From: Dicyema japonicum
Taxonomy: Eukaryota > Animalia > Dicyemida
Reading direction: 5' to 3'
DNA: 64,000 nt
Assembly (NCBI GenBank): GCA_011109175.1
Contig: RDEW01000013.1
Location: 597,221-661,220, forward strand
Shown: one piece after another, positions 1 to 12,547 of the stretch
Layout: every line of letters begins with the position of its first letter
Position numbering within the stretch: position 1 is the first letter of the stretch
Program-made: the position numbers and the translations under genes
The notes under the pieces: generated by a model
The model's database searches: none
What the model saw: the letters and a program-made list of their open reading frames with translations, nothing else
What the model was told of the DNA's origin: nothing

Positions 1-92
1 AATGCGAAAAATTGTGTATGGGAAATCGGGAATCATCCCGTACTACAAACGTTTTACTGGCTATATATTGACTCATCTATTTCTATGCACGT

Positions 93-146
93 TAATTAGT
101 TTGGTTTTACCGTGGTCTTGGGTTAAATAAATAAAAAAATCAAAAT
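93..146 (+). mobile_element. Ultra-short 5'-truncated retro-insertion (LINE/SINE 3' tail only) with 13-bp TSD
   Basis: TTAGTTTGGTTTTACCGTGGTCTTGGG followed by a (TAAA)n tail, flanked by direct repeat TTTCTATGCACGT at 80-92 and 147-159. Confidence 0.8.
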
Positions 147-379
147 TTTCTATGCACGTGCCCCATGGGGGCCTCCGTGCCCATGGGACCACTAATTTTT
201 AATATTTCATACTACACTTAATGTTATTTATCTCACCTTAGGAAGAACTCGTACTTTATTTAAGGAATAAGAACACTCACGATGATCCGAGACATTAAAA
301 ATGTTCTTTACTTTTCGTTCTTATCTTTTGGTTTATGTTTGAGTCCAAAAGACAATCAGGTCCTTGATTCCGCTGAACT

Positions 380-600
380 TACTTCTTTTAGATACTCAGC
401 AGTGCTCGCTGCTGAAACCGCGCGCAACGATGACTTGAGCAACTTCCCATTATAGAAAGTGTCCATGCACGCTAAATCCCAAGCAAGACGCCTCTCTTAG
501 CTCCATGTCATGTCTTTGCGCCATCCGGCCTCTTGCCACCACCTCTACTAAAACCGGCGTGTTCTAGATGGCAAGTAAAGCCGTCATGATTATCGAATTT
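380..600 (-). pseudogene. CRE/Utopia-like non-LTR retrotransposon restriction-like endonuclease fragment
   Basis: Minus-strand translation across frameshifts gives GGGKRPDG...LAWDLACMDT...SAASTAE, matching the RPDG..WD.TC.DT..AE..K RLE motif. Confidence 0.55.
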
Positions 601-751
601 AATATTGCGTTACGAGGAAATCTCCAGACTCTCCGTCAGAATGACAGCGGATGTGGTCCTTTCCTGTCAACTATCGTTCCAGACAGAGCTAAAGGGGGCC
701 AATTAAATATTAGGGGGGTCGAAAAAAGTAAAGGGGTCGACGAGTAAAAAA

Positions 752-767
752 AGGCTGAGAACCCCTG
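752..767 (-). mobile_element. Isolated hAT terminal inverted repeat
   Basis: CAGGGGTTCTCAGCC on minus strand; adjacent 8-mer CGCTAAAG fits the Buster NNNTANNN target. Confidence 0.5.
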
Positions 768-1289
768 CGCTAAAGGATGCGAAAATATAAGAAACTGGGA
801 TTACTCCAATATCTTTTTTCATTGTGGTCCGAATAGTCTATTGGAACATAACTTGGGTCACTATAAATCACAATTTCTTGGTTTTGATGATTTTATATAA
901 ATAATCACTTTAAGCTTTAAATCTTGATTTTTACTAACAAAATGACTGAACGCCATGGAAATGAAAGAAATTTAAATCATATAATCAAGTTTTCATGGCG
1001 AGGTGGCGACTTGTCTCGTTTCTTAATTGGACAAAAATTAAAAGAATTGTCTGGGTGTCAAATACAGGGATGTCTTGAAATTGGAGTTTGTTATGTTCAA
1101 CACCAGAGAAATTTTGATGTCATCATAATATAGTATTTTATTGTATAGTTATTTAATTTAAATTAATTTCACAGTCAATTGAATTTATCCTATTTGAATT
1201 TTTTAATATTATATTTATTAGATTGCATGTTAATTGCGTCTTTTATTTCATGAGCCCCAATTTTTTGAATAAGTGAAAGTTTTATGGCC

Positions 1290-1304
1290 AACTGGCCACC
1301 ACTG
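1290..1304 (-). mobile_element. Isolated hAT terminal inverted repeat
   Basis: CAGTGGTGGCCAG on minus strand; flank ATCTATTT fits NNNTANNN. Confidence 0.45.
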
Positions 1305-1839
1305 ATCTATTTGGCTATTTTTACCTCCCAGCATAGGTCTTCTTTATATAAGGGTAACCACTTTACAACATCAAAATCATTATATTGTAGTTTTTCTAGT
1401 TAATAGTGTTGTGTATTGTCAGACATACGAGTTGAAGTCACATTATCGCAAGTTCACGCGCATTCCAAATACTCGACCCAAAGAGTCAAACCATTAAAAG
1501 TGACAGGACTTGTAATTAAGTCCCATAACTTTTATCCATGACTATCGAAATGTGAGAAACTCTACTGCCATGGCCTACATCCATTTGAAACACATTGGAC
1601 CTAACAGACTCGAGGCTTTCAAGGCCATTTATGAATTACCAATCACTCCCTACTCAAAACAGTAAAACTTTTTTTATTTAGAACAGACAATTCTAAGTAA
1701 AATTAGTTAACTATCTAAAATGAATTCATTGTTAATAATCAAACAAAAAAAGTATATACTCGATGTTAAGTTGGTATCTTAGCATAAATCTATAAGAAAA
1801 AAAAGAATTAACTACCAATGGGATCCATGTGATTGATAT

Positions 1840-2530
1840 TTTTACCAAAGATTCAAGTATCTGGCACTATTTGTGTTATTTTTAAACGAATATCTCCTCA
1901 AATGGACACATCCAATCTGTTTCGTTCTTTATTTACAATTCGATGTAAAATGCTAAATCCGCATTCAACACAGTATGATGTCGGAAAATAGAGTAGCAAT
2001 TCTGTCCACAATTTTGGATAACTCTCACTTTCATATTTTGCCAAAAAATAACAGGTGATTGTGAATCATTATAATATAGTTTTAATTCTGGATTGAATTT
2101 TAGCATAATTAATTCTCTTAGGAACTCTCATTTTTGGAATAATCATTGCAAATTATAGGATGCAATTAGTCCTAAATATAATTTAAAATAACGACAACTA
2201 TTGTTTCTTTCAATACTATTTGTAAAAACAGTGTCAATCGTTTTTTTGTTTACGAAAAAAATCCTTTAATTTGTCAAAATACTCTAATGGTTAATCCTTT
2301 TTATTCGAATGTTTTCTTCTAAATGAACCAACAATTTGGAAGGTTTCATTGCATCATTTGATAATGACTTATAACACAGTAAGCATATGGTCTATTATCA
2401 AAAGAATTTTTTATAAATAAATCCAAATATTCATTTTTATATTGACGAATTTTTAATGTAGAAGGACTCATACACGAACAAAAACAAGCATGGTAATTTA
2501 AAAATTTTAAATAACGAAGGTTTACCATTT
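1840..2530 (-). pseudogene. Internally deleted hAT (Buster/ZBED5-like) transposase
   Basis: N-terminal RQYKNEYL..FI..CLLCYKSLSNDAMKPSKLLVHL joined to C-terminal dimerisation motif YPKLWTELLLYFPTSYCVECGFS..RNRLD..RGDIRL; frameshifted. Confidence 0.75.
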
Positions 2531-2894
2531 TAAAAATAGACTAACTTAATTTAAAATGAAAAAATAAATGTATTAAATTTATTTTCGACCCCCAAATATT
2601 TCATTTTTGACCACCTTACGATCGATGTGGATTGATTTTAAACTCCTGGGAATCGAATCGACCCCAGGTTGTGAACCGCTGCTTTAGCGAACCCTTCTCC
2701 TATAATTATTCACGACGAATCATCTATTCTGCGAGGAAGGATAGGAAATTACCACATAGGGACCATCAAAGAAGTATTAGATCAATCACACCCAATGGAA
2801 GTATCCCAAGAATAAATACCATAACCACTACGAGTTATCTGTACAAAAAATCATGCCTAACAGAAGTAAAGAGTAAAATATTCACAATCAAAAT

Positions 2895-5130
2895 CTATTC
2901 AGTCCCTTGTTCAACAAGCATCCTCTTCTCATATGACTTTGTCTTCCTTATGTAACCCATATTCCGGTTGATAAGCTCCACAATTGATGGATTAACTACC
3001 AAACTACTGTCAATCGGTATTGTTGCATAACTAGGAGACGAGTGCCCAAACAATGCCGTATGACTGTCATCCTCCTTCAATTCCTTTGTGAAAATCAGCC
3101 AACGTATCTTCTTTCCAACACATTCCTAATCTCCCACAGGAAATACTCGTTTGGCGGGAAAAAACGCCGATACATCTACTTCGGACTCCAACAGAGTATT
3201 CTTACCCTTCCAGTTATGTGGCTCACTAGGCAAGACAGTCGGCTCAGTAATACTGAGTAAGTTTACAGAAGAAATGGTGGGCATGTTTGTTGATCATGTA
3301 CTTTGAGTTCTAACAAGGTCTTCACATCTTCCCGATCACGTGGGTCACCAGACTAAACAGAAAACTCAGTAGCATCGGGAGACAATACAGAAAAAATGGT
3401 GTGCATTTCAGTTCGATTACTGACCCGTTTTTGTCGCCTTTTAAACTGTTTGGCAATGGTGGAAGGAAATTGGCTGACGGAAGCAAGTTTGGTAGGTTCC
3501 TTGGTAGGTTCCGAGTCAGAAAGATCTGAGAACAACTCTGTGTAGGTTCTCTCTCCAGTGTCTACTTCCAGACCATCATAAGGAGTCACATAACGAGCAC
3601 TCACTGTCTCATAGTGGTTGTGACTGACTGGATTGGTGACCCTGTACATAAACAGGTTCCAGTCAGTCTCCACAAGCCCCGCCTTCTTACTTTCCCTTTT
3701 TCTCCACCAAGTAAGCCAGGTTGCGGACATATAATAATGGAGACCCTCACCGAGTCCAACTGCTGTCTAAACTTTATTGAACGCTTAATCACTCTGAACT
3801 GCCTTCTGTAGTACTCCCTCATCGGGTCACGTTCCTGTTTGAGTAAAGGACAAAAAAAGTTCGCCTAAAATTAATCCAACCCAAACAGTTCGTTTCAGCT
3901 TTCAATAGTCACAAATATCTCCCACCACCTTCAATGGAACAAATAATTTTTTCAGCTATGTCCTCCACGTGCACAAATTTGTGGAACTCCATCATAGACT
4001 GTCTGTTATCGACCTCCTCACGAGTTCTATTGGCGAAAGAGCTGCTGGAAACCATCTTACCATCCAGTTACATCCCCCTATTTCCAGTGAGGGATCTAAA
4101 ATCCCCCGTATGGACTTTACAGTACGCCTACAATAAGAAAAGAGCATACTCTTAGGCTCACATCACTCCTCTCCACCATAGTCAACATCTCTAGGCTGTG
4201 GCTGAAAGCACAGGACACATGGAAGGCAGTCTAACAAATCTCCACAGCACATTGTAGACAAACCCCCGACCGTTGTCGACAGAGGGAGCATCTGAAGCCA
4301 TACCGCTTGGATGGGATATCCGCCACCCCAACCACAGGTTCCATGAGCACGTGGTCAGCGACTGAGACTTCGGGGGTCCATAGAACACAGCTCAGGTGAA
4401 ACCAATTCTCCTTCCCGTCGGAGTTGTAGGCCCCTGTTTTGCCGCCACATAAAAAGCACGTGGGTTTGGTGACATTGGCGGCACAAGGAGCGCAAAAAAA
4501 GCGGTCCTCGGGGATGACTTGGAGTCCGTAGCATGCCTGGTGGATGGCCACGTTACAGCCATCACAGAAAACGATCTCATTTCCCTCCAAATTGGACGAC
4601 TGGAATGATAAAAACACTACATCAAGACACACAGCACAGACGACCTCCTCAGGAAGATCTTCATTGACTCGTTCTGTTAGATTTTTGTGCTGCATCAGGT
4701 CCCTACACTGCTCCTCCAAGGCTTCCATCACATCTTCAAATAAATTCGGCTCAATTTTCTCACTTTCTGCTTAAATTTAAATATATACTTTTGCTGCGAT
4801 TGTACTCGATGAGGAAAAGTTGGTCAAGACTGTCAATTTCATAGGTAGGGATGAAAAAATACTCCAATAGTTGTACGTTTGTCGGAGCTTGAAGTGTGGA
4901 TGGAGGTAGGTTAAGGGGTTTATGAACGAAATTTGAGGGTGTCGGGTTAAGATCGTTTGGAACCTGAACTCCTTTGTCGTACTTTGACTTCTATTTGTCC
5001 CCCAGATATACGTAATCGTTCTTATCAAAAGGCTGAGTGTCCATCTGTCGCATAGCACTAATATAGTCTTTGCGATGTAGTTCCACTTGGGCATTCTTGG
5101 AGAGCTTTTCCTTCTATACTGGCATCCCAC
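2895..5130 (-). CDS. JADE/BRPF-family PHD finger protein (EPL1-like region, PHD, zf-HC5HC2H), multi-exon with frameshifts; ends approximate
   Basis: CAVCLD..GNEIVFCDGCNVAIHQACYG..FCAPC..CFLC..WFHLSCVLWTPEV..MEPV..CSLC..GVCLQC (4231-4731); YEIDSLDQLFLIEYN upstream; no bromodomain seen; in-frame 21-nt intron 4600-4620. Confidence 0.85.
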
Positions 5131-5349
5131 AGTGATAGAAAATATTTATTTATTTAGTATTTATTTATATTATTAATTATTATAAAACAAATAAAATAAA
5201 GTTATATAAAATCGGGGTAATAAGCAAACTATTTGGTAGTTGCATGTTAAGAGATATTGGTAGTTGGTAGTTTCTTAACTAACAAAAAAATAGACGTAGG
5301 CCTTGGCTTAACACAAATAAAAAAAGAATTATACCTACCCTTAACCATT

Positions 5350-6100
5350 ACAGAGCTCATTCAGTCGCACTAAAAATGATCCTTGACTGGGTTTCCACTA
5401 ATGCTTGAATCAACAACTTCTGGGACGTCTTTCTCAGATCATTGATGGAAGTAAAGCTTTCTTACATCTGGGAGTACTTGCCATTTGTCATGCCTTCTTC
5501 GAGCTCACCATAAGGGTTTACAAGACTAATGAACAGAATCCCTATGCCTTTTCTGCCTTCTAAAAAACCAGAAGACGGATCTCTCCTACTATTCTCCAGG
5601 TCCGCCTTCAATTTCTCCACACATAAGATGTACCCGACGGTTCTTCAGTAGCCTCCGCTTTTGAGTGTCACTCTCCAGATATCGACCCTTTTCCTCACTT
5701 TCCGAATCCTAAAAATGTGTCTCCCGTCAATTCGGATGACAATTACGAACATCTACACCTCCTCCAACCCGATGTGGTGACTCCCCAACATCCCTATCGT
5801 TCCTTCTCATGCAGCTTGCAAATCCTCCTACGAAAAGGTACGACGTCCTTAGCTCCACGTTTTCCTTCCGAACAAGTTCTCCTGAAACATCAGAAAGTAA
5901 TTCCAGAGAGCTAAATGACTGGTCGATGAGGCATTTACTACGACATTGTCAAATAACGAGGTTCAATCTGCTATCTTCAAAAGTCAATAGTAGAAGACTT
6001 CGATGAATATCATGAATATTACAGGCTAATCCTGTTTCCTTTTGACTGCAGACTGTGAACATGATTGTGCATAGGGACTTACATGCTCGAGTATTCCGTT
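5350..6100 (-). CDS. Possible unidentified fragmented coding region
   Basis: GC-richer block with partial open frames (VEKLKADLENSRRDPSSGFLEG...); no family recognised. Confidence 0.2.
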
Positions 6101-6260
6101 GACCGAATAAGCTTTTCTAATGTACATTCCTCGTTTCTAAAAATTTGTAAAAACTAGATATTTTCACGAGGACCTTTTAGTATATTGAGCTCTCATCTTT
6201 TTTTTTATCGGGGGTGATTAAATGTCAAAATCGGAGTACGAAAGAAATGTGAATATTTTA

Positions 6261-6420
6261 GCTCTCGTGGAGACTTTTTGGACACGTCCTGAGGTTGGAC
6301 CCGAGGGATCTGACTAAGAACAGAAAAGCCTGAAACAAGCTAACTCTTTCTCTTGTCTTTTTTGCTGCACATGTGGGGCTATAAATATTATGGCTATCGT
6401 GAAAGTGCTAATAATATCAA
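6261..6420 (+). mobile_element. RTE-clade LINE 3' end, internally deleted copy of 9420-9718
   Basis: Near-identical to 9420-9455 fused to 9599-9718; ends ...GTGAAAGTGCTAATAAT. Confidence 0.75.
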
Positions 6421-6429
6421 TAATATGTG

Positions 6430-6595
6430 CTATCCAGTAACACTATGATCCTTTTTCGTGCCGGCCTGGCACTGGGCGTCACCTAGACAAGTGGATCACA
6501 TGACGCCACTCTAATAGGAAGAGAGAAGAGGAAGAGACAAGCAAGCAGAAAACGTCAACCGATTAACCACGCAGCACCACATTGCGCCACGCGGC
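6430..6595 (-). mobile_element. SINE-like family A copy (3'-truncated, divergent subfamily)
   Basis: Head GCCGCGTGGCGCAATG (tRNA 5'/A-box-like), pyrimidine tract and core homologous to copies at 18365, 20990 and 49148. Confidence 0.65.
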
Positions 6596-6845
6596 TAATT
6601 CAACTGGTTATTAATTAGAAACGAATCTGTCTACAGGTAAAGCATGGCTTGAAATTTTGAAAGGAATTCTAGAAGGGAATTTAATTCTAAGATCATATTC
6701 AGACGTACCACGTGGTCGAATAGCTTTAAATATTCCTGACTATACGACTGATGGATGGAAGAGTCATTCAACATATGATGATAAATATTAATGAAATATT
6801 CATGTACATATTCCTTCTATAAACTTATATAATCATCTATTACAT

Positions 6846-7875
6846 TAGTGAACCATGAGGGTTACACCACTTTTAAGCATTAGACTATACCTTAAATGAT
6901 TTTAATAGTTGTAATTAATCATTTTGGATGTGTGTTCTTAGAGAGATTGGAAGCGAAATCTGTCAAGGCTGAGAGATCCACGGGAGCGACGACGGTTCCA
7001 AAAAAGGCTCGGAATTCTAATCGTTTGTGGCATTGCTTACTGTCTCTTCGCAGGTAACATATGAATTGCTTCTTTTGTCCAAAAATAAATTTGATATCAT
7101 TTTTGACTGAATTTAAAAGTATAAATATTTATTATTTTAGATTATATTATGCCCACATGATTACAGACTAACCATGTCTGAATTTAAGAGGAAAGAGCAT
7201 TCATTACAAATCAAAGAACAAATAGTACGAGAGATAGTAAAGGATATTGAAAGCTTTCGAAAATATTTGAATCAGCTCAATAAAAACATTATTATAAGAT
7301 ATAATCGATTTGGTATCGACATTAGTTCACCAGGTCAGGAGCAACGTTCTCGATTTTTTACTCATTTGAAAAGCTACCCAACAGCCTCAGAAAATAAGAA
7401 AAGAATTATACTAAGATTTAAAAATGGTAGGCACAATTGTATCTCTGCGAACAATAACAACACATGGCCAAAGAAGGACTAAAATAAAGACCTCAAAAAC
7501 TCTCTTCTTAACGAAAACATGAAAAGGATAGATTACAATCGAGAATTTTTTAATTGAGAGAAGATGATTTTATTAAGCAAATTCTTGAAAAAAGTAGAAT
7601 TGTTGGGAAAATATACGTCTTTATTTTGGAGAAAACTAAATACAGCATATCAACCATAATATAATGCAACTGTAAAGTGTGGGGGAGGAAGTATCATGAC
7701 TTATTGATAAATAATGAATTTTTTCAAATATTGCGACATATAGAAGAATGTCTGCTCAAATTCGCAGAGAATCTGAATTTAAACCCAAATGAATAAGTAT
7801 TTTAACAAGAGCCCAAAACATACTTCAAAAATGAACAGAAAATGGATTGAAGATGATAATACAATATTCTTAAAT
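6846..7875 (+). repeat. ~1-kb duplicated segment containing a Tc1 transposase remnant (copy 1)
   Basis: Aligns with 10082-11050, differing mainly by small indels; encodes MSEFKRKEHSLQIKEQIV (Tc1 HTH start) and ATVKCGGGSIM. Confidence 0.85.
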
Positions 7876-8300
7876 GGNAGGGAGGTCCGGACTAATGGCG
7901 GATAGTACCAATTTTTCAAGAAGTTTTGATAATGTGCTGGTTAGGGTGATCGGCCTGCATAAAACAGGTCCATCCCGTTTTCCAGCTTTCAAAACTGATT
8001 TGATAACAGTTCTTCCAAATCTTGGGAATAATATTGTAGTTCGCGATAAAAGTCTTTTGGACAAATCCACGTCAACGAAGTTACTGAAGCCAGACCAATC
8101 AACTTTCCTATAGTTCTTTAATCTTTTCACTTCAGTCTGCAGTGTCCGGCGTCGTAGTAATCCTCTTGAACCATAACTCACTTCCATGAAGCAGAATGAT
8201 GTGATTGTGGTTACTGGAAACCATAACTCACTTCCATGAAGCAAGTCCTGATAAAGGGGGGGGGGCATAAACTTAAATCGAGAGATGTGCTGCAATCGGT
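7876..8300 (-). pseudogene. APE-type LINE reverse transcriptase N-terminal fragment
   Basis: KSVLKAGKRDGPVLCRPITLTSTLSKLLEKLVL matches the K.GK....YRPISL.S..SK.LE motif. Confidence 0.75.
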
Positions 8301-8419
8301 GCTTCTTAATGGGTTTCTTGTGTGTAATTTAGAGTCATTCAAAATAATCATCCTCGACTGTCAGAGGACTGAGAAGCAAAACAAAGGTGGTGTCGCGAAT
8401 TAAGGTCGCCGCATATTAA

Positions 8420-9300
8420 AAAGTTCTTTAGTTCTGAAAGGAAGGGGTATATTTGGGGCATGATCCTTTTGGCGGAATGTATAAATTGATCAAATTAATC
8501 CATAGAGAAGGGAATAGTTGGATTTTGATGGCAATCTGTTCAATGGTATTGTCAGAACCCAAAAGCTCTGAAGTCCGTTGACTTACTTCCATGAAGGATT
8601 TATATATAAACATTATACTCTTATATCCATAAAACGTGATGAAAATTCTAATCTCAATTCCATAACTGTTTGCATATTCATGGACATTGGTAGGATTCGT
8701 AGAAAGAAAATTCACATAATGCGTCATATTTCTTTTTGCAGCTATAATTCCCACAACTTCAATTTCTTTTCAAAAGCAGTGATTTGGGAATAAATTTAGT
8801 GTATAAAATAATTACTTCCCTGCAGTTTCAAATTTAGGTCATTTAGATGCGAAGTTATATCCACAAAAATACCAATTTGGAAATGTTAACAATATTTCGG
8901 AGAAATATTCGAAATTCCCAAAAGCGTTGTTAAAAGAGAGATTTAAAGATTTTCTGCTACTGCAATTAGGCATTCTTTGATAAATTCGCTGTCTGTAAAT
9001 GATTTCATTCGTTTCGTAATTATCATTGTAATTTCGTAGCTGGTACGTGTGTCTTTTTTACAACTCAAATTATAGAAAAATGTCCAGTCTCTAATTTCCA
9101 TTAAGTGTGACTCTCCTGCAAACTTGAAATTTTCGTAATGCCAAGTTTCATAATGTCGCATGATGTTATAAAGTTTTGGGACAGCAACTTTATCGGAGCA
9201 TAGGTTTTCCATAAGAAATAGTCGAGTCCAATTTGCATTAAATGTAAGAGTTTGATCTTTCATTCTTTTCGAATAATTCGGCATTTTAATAGACAACAAA
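8420..9300 (-). pseudogene. hAT transposase remnant (GTF2IRD2/Buster-like)
   Basis: FNANW..VAVPKLYNIMRHYETWH..SYEI..IITKRMKSFTDSEFIKECL. Confidence 0.75.
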
Positions 9301-9389
9301 AAATTATTAACCGTGTGGAAATTTATTTAATTTTTAATAATAGGTAAAATAAATATAAAATATTTTACTAATTGGCCCGCGACTGTACA

Positions 9390-9718
9390 CCAATGAGTCT
9401 CGAGATCATAAGCTCTTGTTGGAGACTCTTTTGACTCGTCCTTAGGTTGGACCCGACATCGAATATCGTCATGGAAGATTACCACTCCCCCATGTAAAAC
9501 GCTTTCGTGAAAGACCAAGAACAACTCTCCCGGTCGTTTTAAAAACGATTTTAAAGGCGTAAAGAAAACATTGGCATCTGGTGACGACCTGGACACACTG
9601 AGGGATCTTGCTAAGAACAGAAAAGCCTGAAACAAGCTAACTCTTTCTCTCATATTTTTTGCTGCACATGCGGGGCTATAAAAATTATGGCTCTCGTGAA
9701 AGTGCTAATAATAATAAT
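9390..9718 (+). mobile_element. RTE-clade LINE 3' end with (TAA)n tail
   Basis: Frameshifted WRLF.HVLRLDP...RPRTTLPVVLKNDF...GDDLDTLRDLAKNRKA, homologous to the ORF at 17465-17791; ends GTGCTAATAATAATAA. Confidence 0.75.
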
Positions 9719-10081
9719 TGGGTCGCTAGGGACCATTTTCGACTCATGTTGTAGATAGACGAGGGAATTAGTTAGAAGAGCAAACCATAATGTCCGGATG
9801 TCTACCATTTTTATGACCAAAGTGGTTAATTGATATCACATGGGGTAAGTTGTGTCTTGTATTGATGAGTAGATGCAATACTGGAGAACATTGCTTTCAT
9901 GTTGGATCACTCAATGTCTAATCCTTTGGAATATCCACACATATGTTAACTTTCCCAGTAAGTTTTTGAATAGAATTGCTAGTCGTATTGACGTATAGTG
10001 AGAAATTCCTTGTTTGAAACGTATGTAATCTTATATACGTTCGAGAACTATCGATTCTGCTATATCAAAGGATATATCATG

Positions 10082-11050
10082 TAGTGAACCATGAGGGTTA
10101 CACCACTTTTAAGCATTAGACTATACCTTAAATGATTTTAATAGTTGTAATTAATCATTTTGGATGTGTGTTCTTAGAGAGATTGGAAACGAAATCCTGT
10201 CAAGGCTGAGAGATCCACGGGAGCGACGACGGTTCCAAAAAAGGCTCGGAATTCTAATCGTTTGTGGCATTGCTTACTGTCTTTTCGCAGGTAACATATG
10301 AATTGCTTCTTTTGTCCAAAAATAAATTTGATATCATTTTTGACTGAATTTAAAAGTATAAATAATTTATTATTTTAGATTATATTATGCCCACATGATT
10401 ACAGACTAACCATGTCTGAATTTAAGAGGAAAGAGCATTCATTACAAATCAAAGAACAAATAGTACGAGAGATAGTAAAGGATATTGAAAGCTTTCGAAA
10501 ATATTTGAATCAGCTCAATTAAAAACATTATTATAAGATATAATCGATTTGGTATCGACATTAGTTCACCCAGGTCAGGAGCAACCAAACAGCCTCGGAA
10601 AACAAGAAAAGTATTATACTAAGATTTAAAAATGGTAGGCATAATTGTATCTCTGCGAACAATAACAAACATATGGCGCAAAGAAGGACTAAAATAAGAG
10701 ACCTCAAAAATTCTCTTTTTAACGAAAACATGAGAAGGATAGATTCGTGAATTTTTTAATTGAGAAAGAAGATGATTTTATTAAGCAAATTCTTGAACAA
10801 AAAGTAGAATTGTTCGGGGAAAATATACGTCTTTATTTTGGAGAAAACTAAATACAGCATATCAACCATAATATAATGCAACTGTAAAGTGTGGGGGAGG
10901 AAGTATCATGACTTGTATTGATAAATAATGACTTTTCCAAATATTGCCACATATAGAAGAATGTTTGAATGAGTATTTCAACAAGGCCCAAAACATACTT
11001 CAAAAATGAACAGAAAATGGATTGAAGATGATAATACAATATTCTTAAAT
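10082..11050 (+). repeat. ~1-kb duplicated segment containing a Tc1 transposase remnant (copy 2)
   Basis: Copy of 6846-7875 with the same start (TAGTGAACCATGAGG) and end (ACAATATTCTTAAAT). Confidence 0.85.
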
Positions 11051-11690
11051 TTCGGGAGTTTTGTCTCTTGAATTATGGGAACGTCAATCGTAAGTTTAGT
11101 CAAAAGAGAACGTAGTTCAAATAACTTCCCTCTTATTCCGTTGATGTTTAGTTGTAACACAGTGGTCAGTCTCTTGCTTACTTAGATTGTCCATAAGAAA
11201 CAAAGCTGAAAGACTGAAAGAGTTTCCAAGTTTGGCTAAGTTTTATTCTTCTATTAATTACCTCAAGATGACGCGCTCTCGCAAAAAGAAACTGAAAGTC
11301 AAGGCGTTCCCATTTTGTCAATACAACTCATGTACCTCATCACAAAAGGACCTGATGGTCTTAGTATCTTCCACCTGAAGAATGAATCCAAGTGTGCTTC
11401 CACTTATGCGATTTACGATTCAGACATCTTCCAAGTGGGGTTCTGTTTTCTCCCCAAGCTTTTTCAACCTTCATCGATTATTTCAAATTGAGCCCAATGT
11501 TCTGGGAGAGCCATTGTGTCATTCTAGGCTTGTCTTCCGCAGCCCGCCAAGTAGTCCGATTAGCCTGATCAATTCAGACGTGCTCAGGTCATTAACGCCA
11601 GACGTCTCAACGGAGACTTCTGGAAAACGAACTGGTAACCAATGCCGGCGTACTTCCTTCTCTTCAAGTCTTCATATAATAAAATGTCCT
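11051..11690 (-). pseudogene. LINE 5' region with start of AP endonuclease domain
   Basis: LQLNINGIRGKLFELRSLL....DVPIIQETKL matches the APE N-terminal motif (N.NG...QET). Confidence 0.75.
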
Positions 11691-12079
11691 TAATTTATTT
11701 ATACTGTGTTGATTGAAAAAAGCTGATTCTCTGATGTGATTGTAACACAAAATATTCTTATTGGCTGGTATCCCAACCAACTGAAACCCTGTGGTCGATA
11801 TGTCCCTCTGTGGTCGATTATCTTACATGTAATGTCCGACATTGTTTCTCATGCGATTACACCCAATTTTGGTGGTACTCAAAAGACTTGATGCCTCCGT
11901 TTTTTAATTTTCAAAAAGTTATCGAGTATAGATATTTTGTTCTCTGATTTCGCGGTTGAATGTTTTACCACCGAAAAACAATCGATTCTTCTATCCCTAG
12001 TTAGTACCCTCGGACGTCTAAACTCTCATTATAAAAATAAATTCCTTATAAAAACCGAAATCGTCTACGATCAGTCTAA

Positions 12080-12410
12080 AAAAATAAATAAAATAAAATA
12101 AATAAATTAAGCGGATTTTAATCCAGATTGCTGGTAATCCCTATTCTTCTTTTCTTAGAAAAAAGTGTGCCATAAACTCCCTGTTATTCCCTATCTCCAC
12201 ATCAGATTCAATTGAAATATCTCTTTTAAAGTCCAGTGGGCTATCTCACGGCATGCCAGTTCTACAAGTTGGGAGGCAGCTGAGGCGTACTCTTCATCGT
12301 ATACCTTCATCCCATGCTTATGTTCAGTGAGCATACTTTCAAGCGGTCTTTTCAGCACAACCGATTGGATGTAAGTCCTCGGTGATTCTTGAATAAATAA
12401 TTTATCCATA
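12080..12410 (-). mobile_element. 3' end of R4/Dong-like RLE retrotransposon
   Basis: MDKLFIQESPRTYIQSVVLKRPLESMLTEHKHGM is homologous to the C-terminus at 62390-62500; A/T-rich tail near 12080-12110. Confidence 0.7.
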
Positions 12411-12547
12411 TGATTCTTGTATATTCAAAAATGGAAATTATATAATTTCTAAAAAAAGTCAGAATATCCCTCATTTTTAATCGTAAAATATTTCCTTTTA
12501 TAGTGTACAATCAAAGATAAATAAAATATTCGTAAATATATCCATAA

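Noticed and set aside
7174-7482. 102-aa ORF as a host gene
   Set aside because: It is the frameshifted N-terminus of a Tc1 transposase and is disrupted in the second copy.
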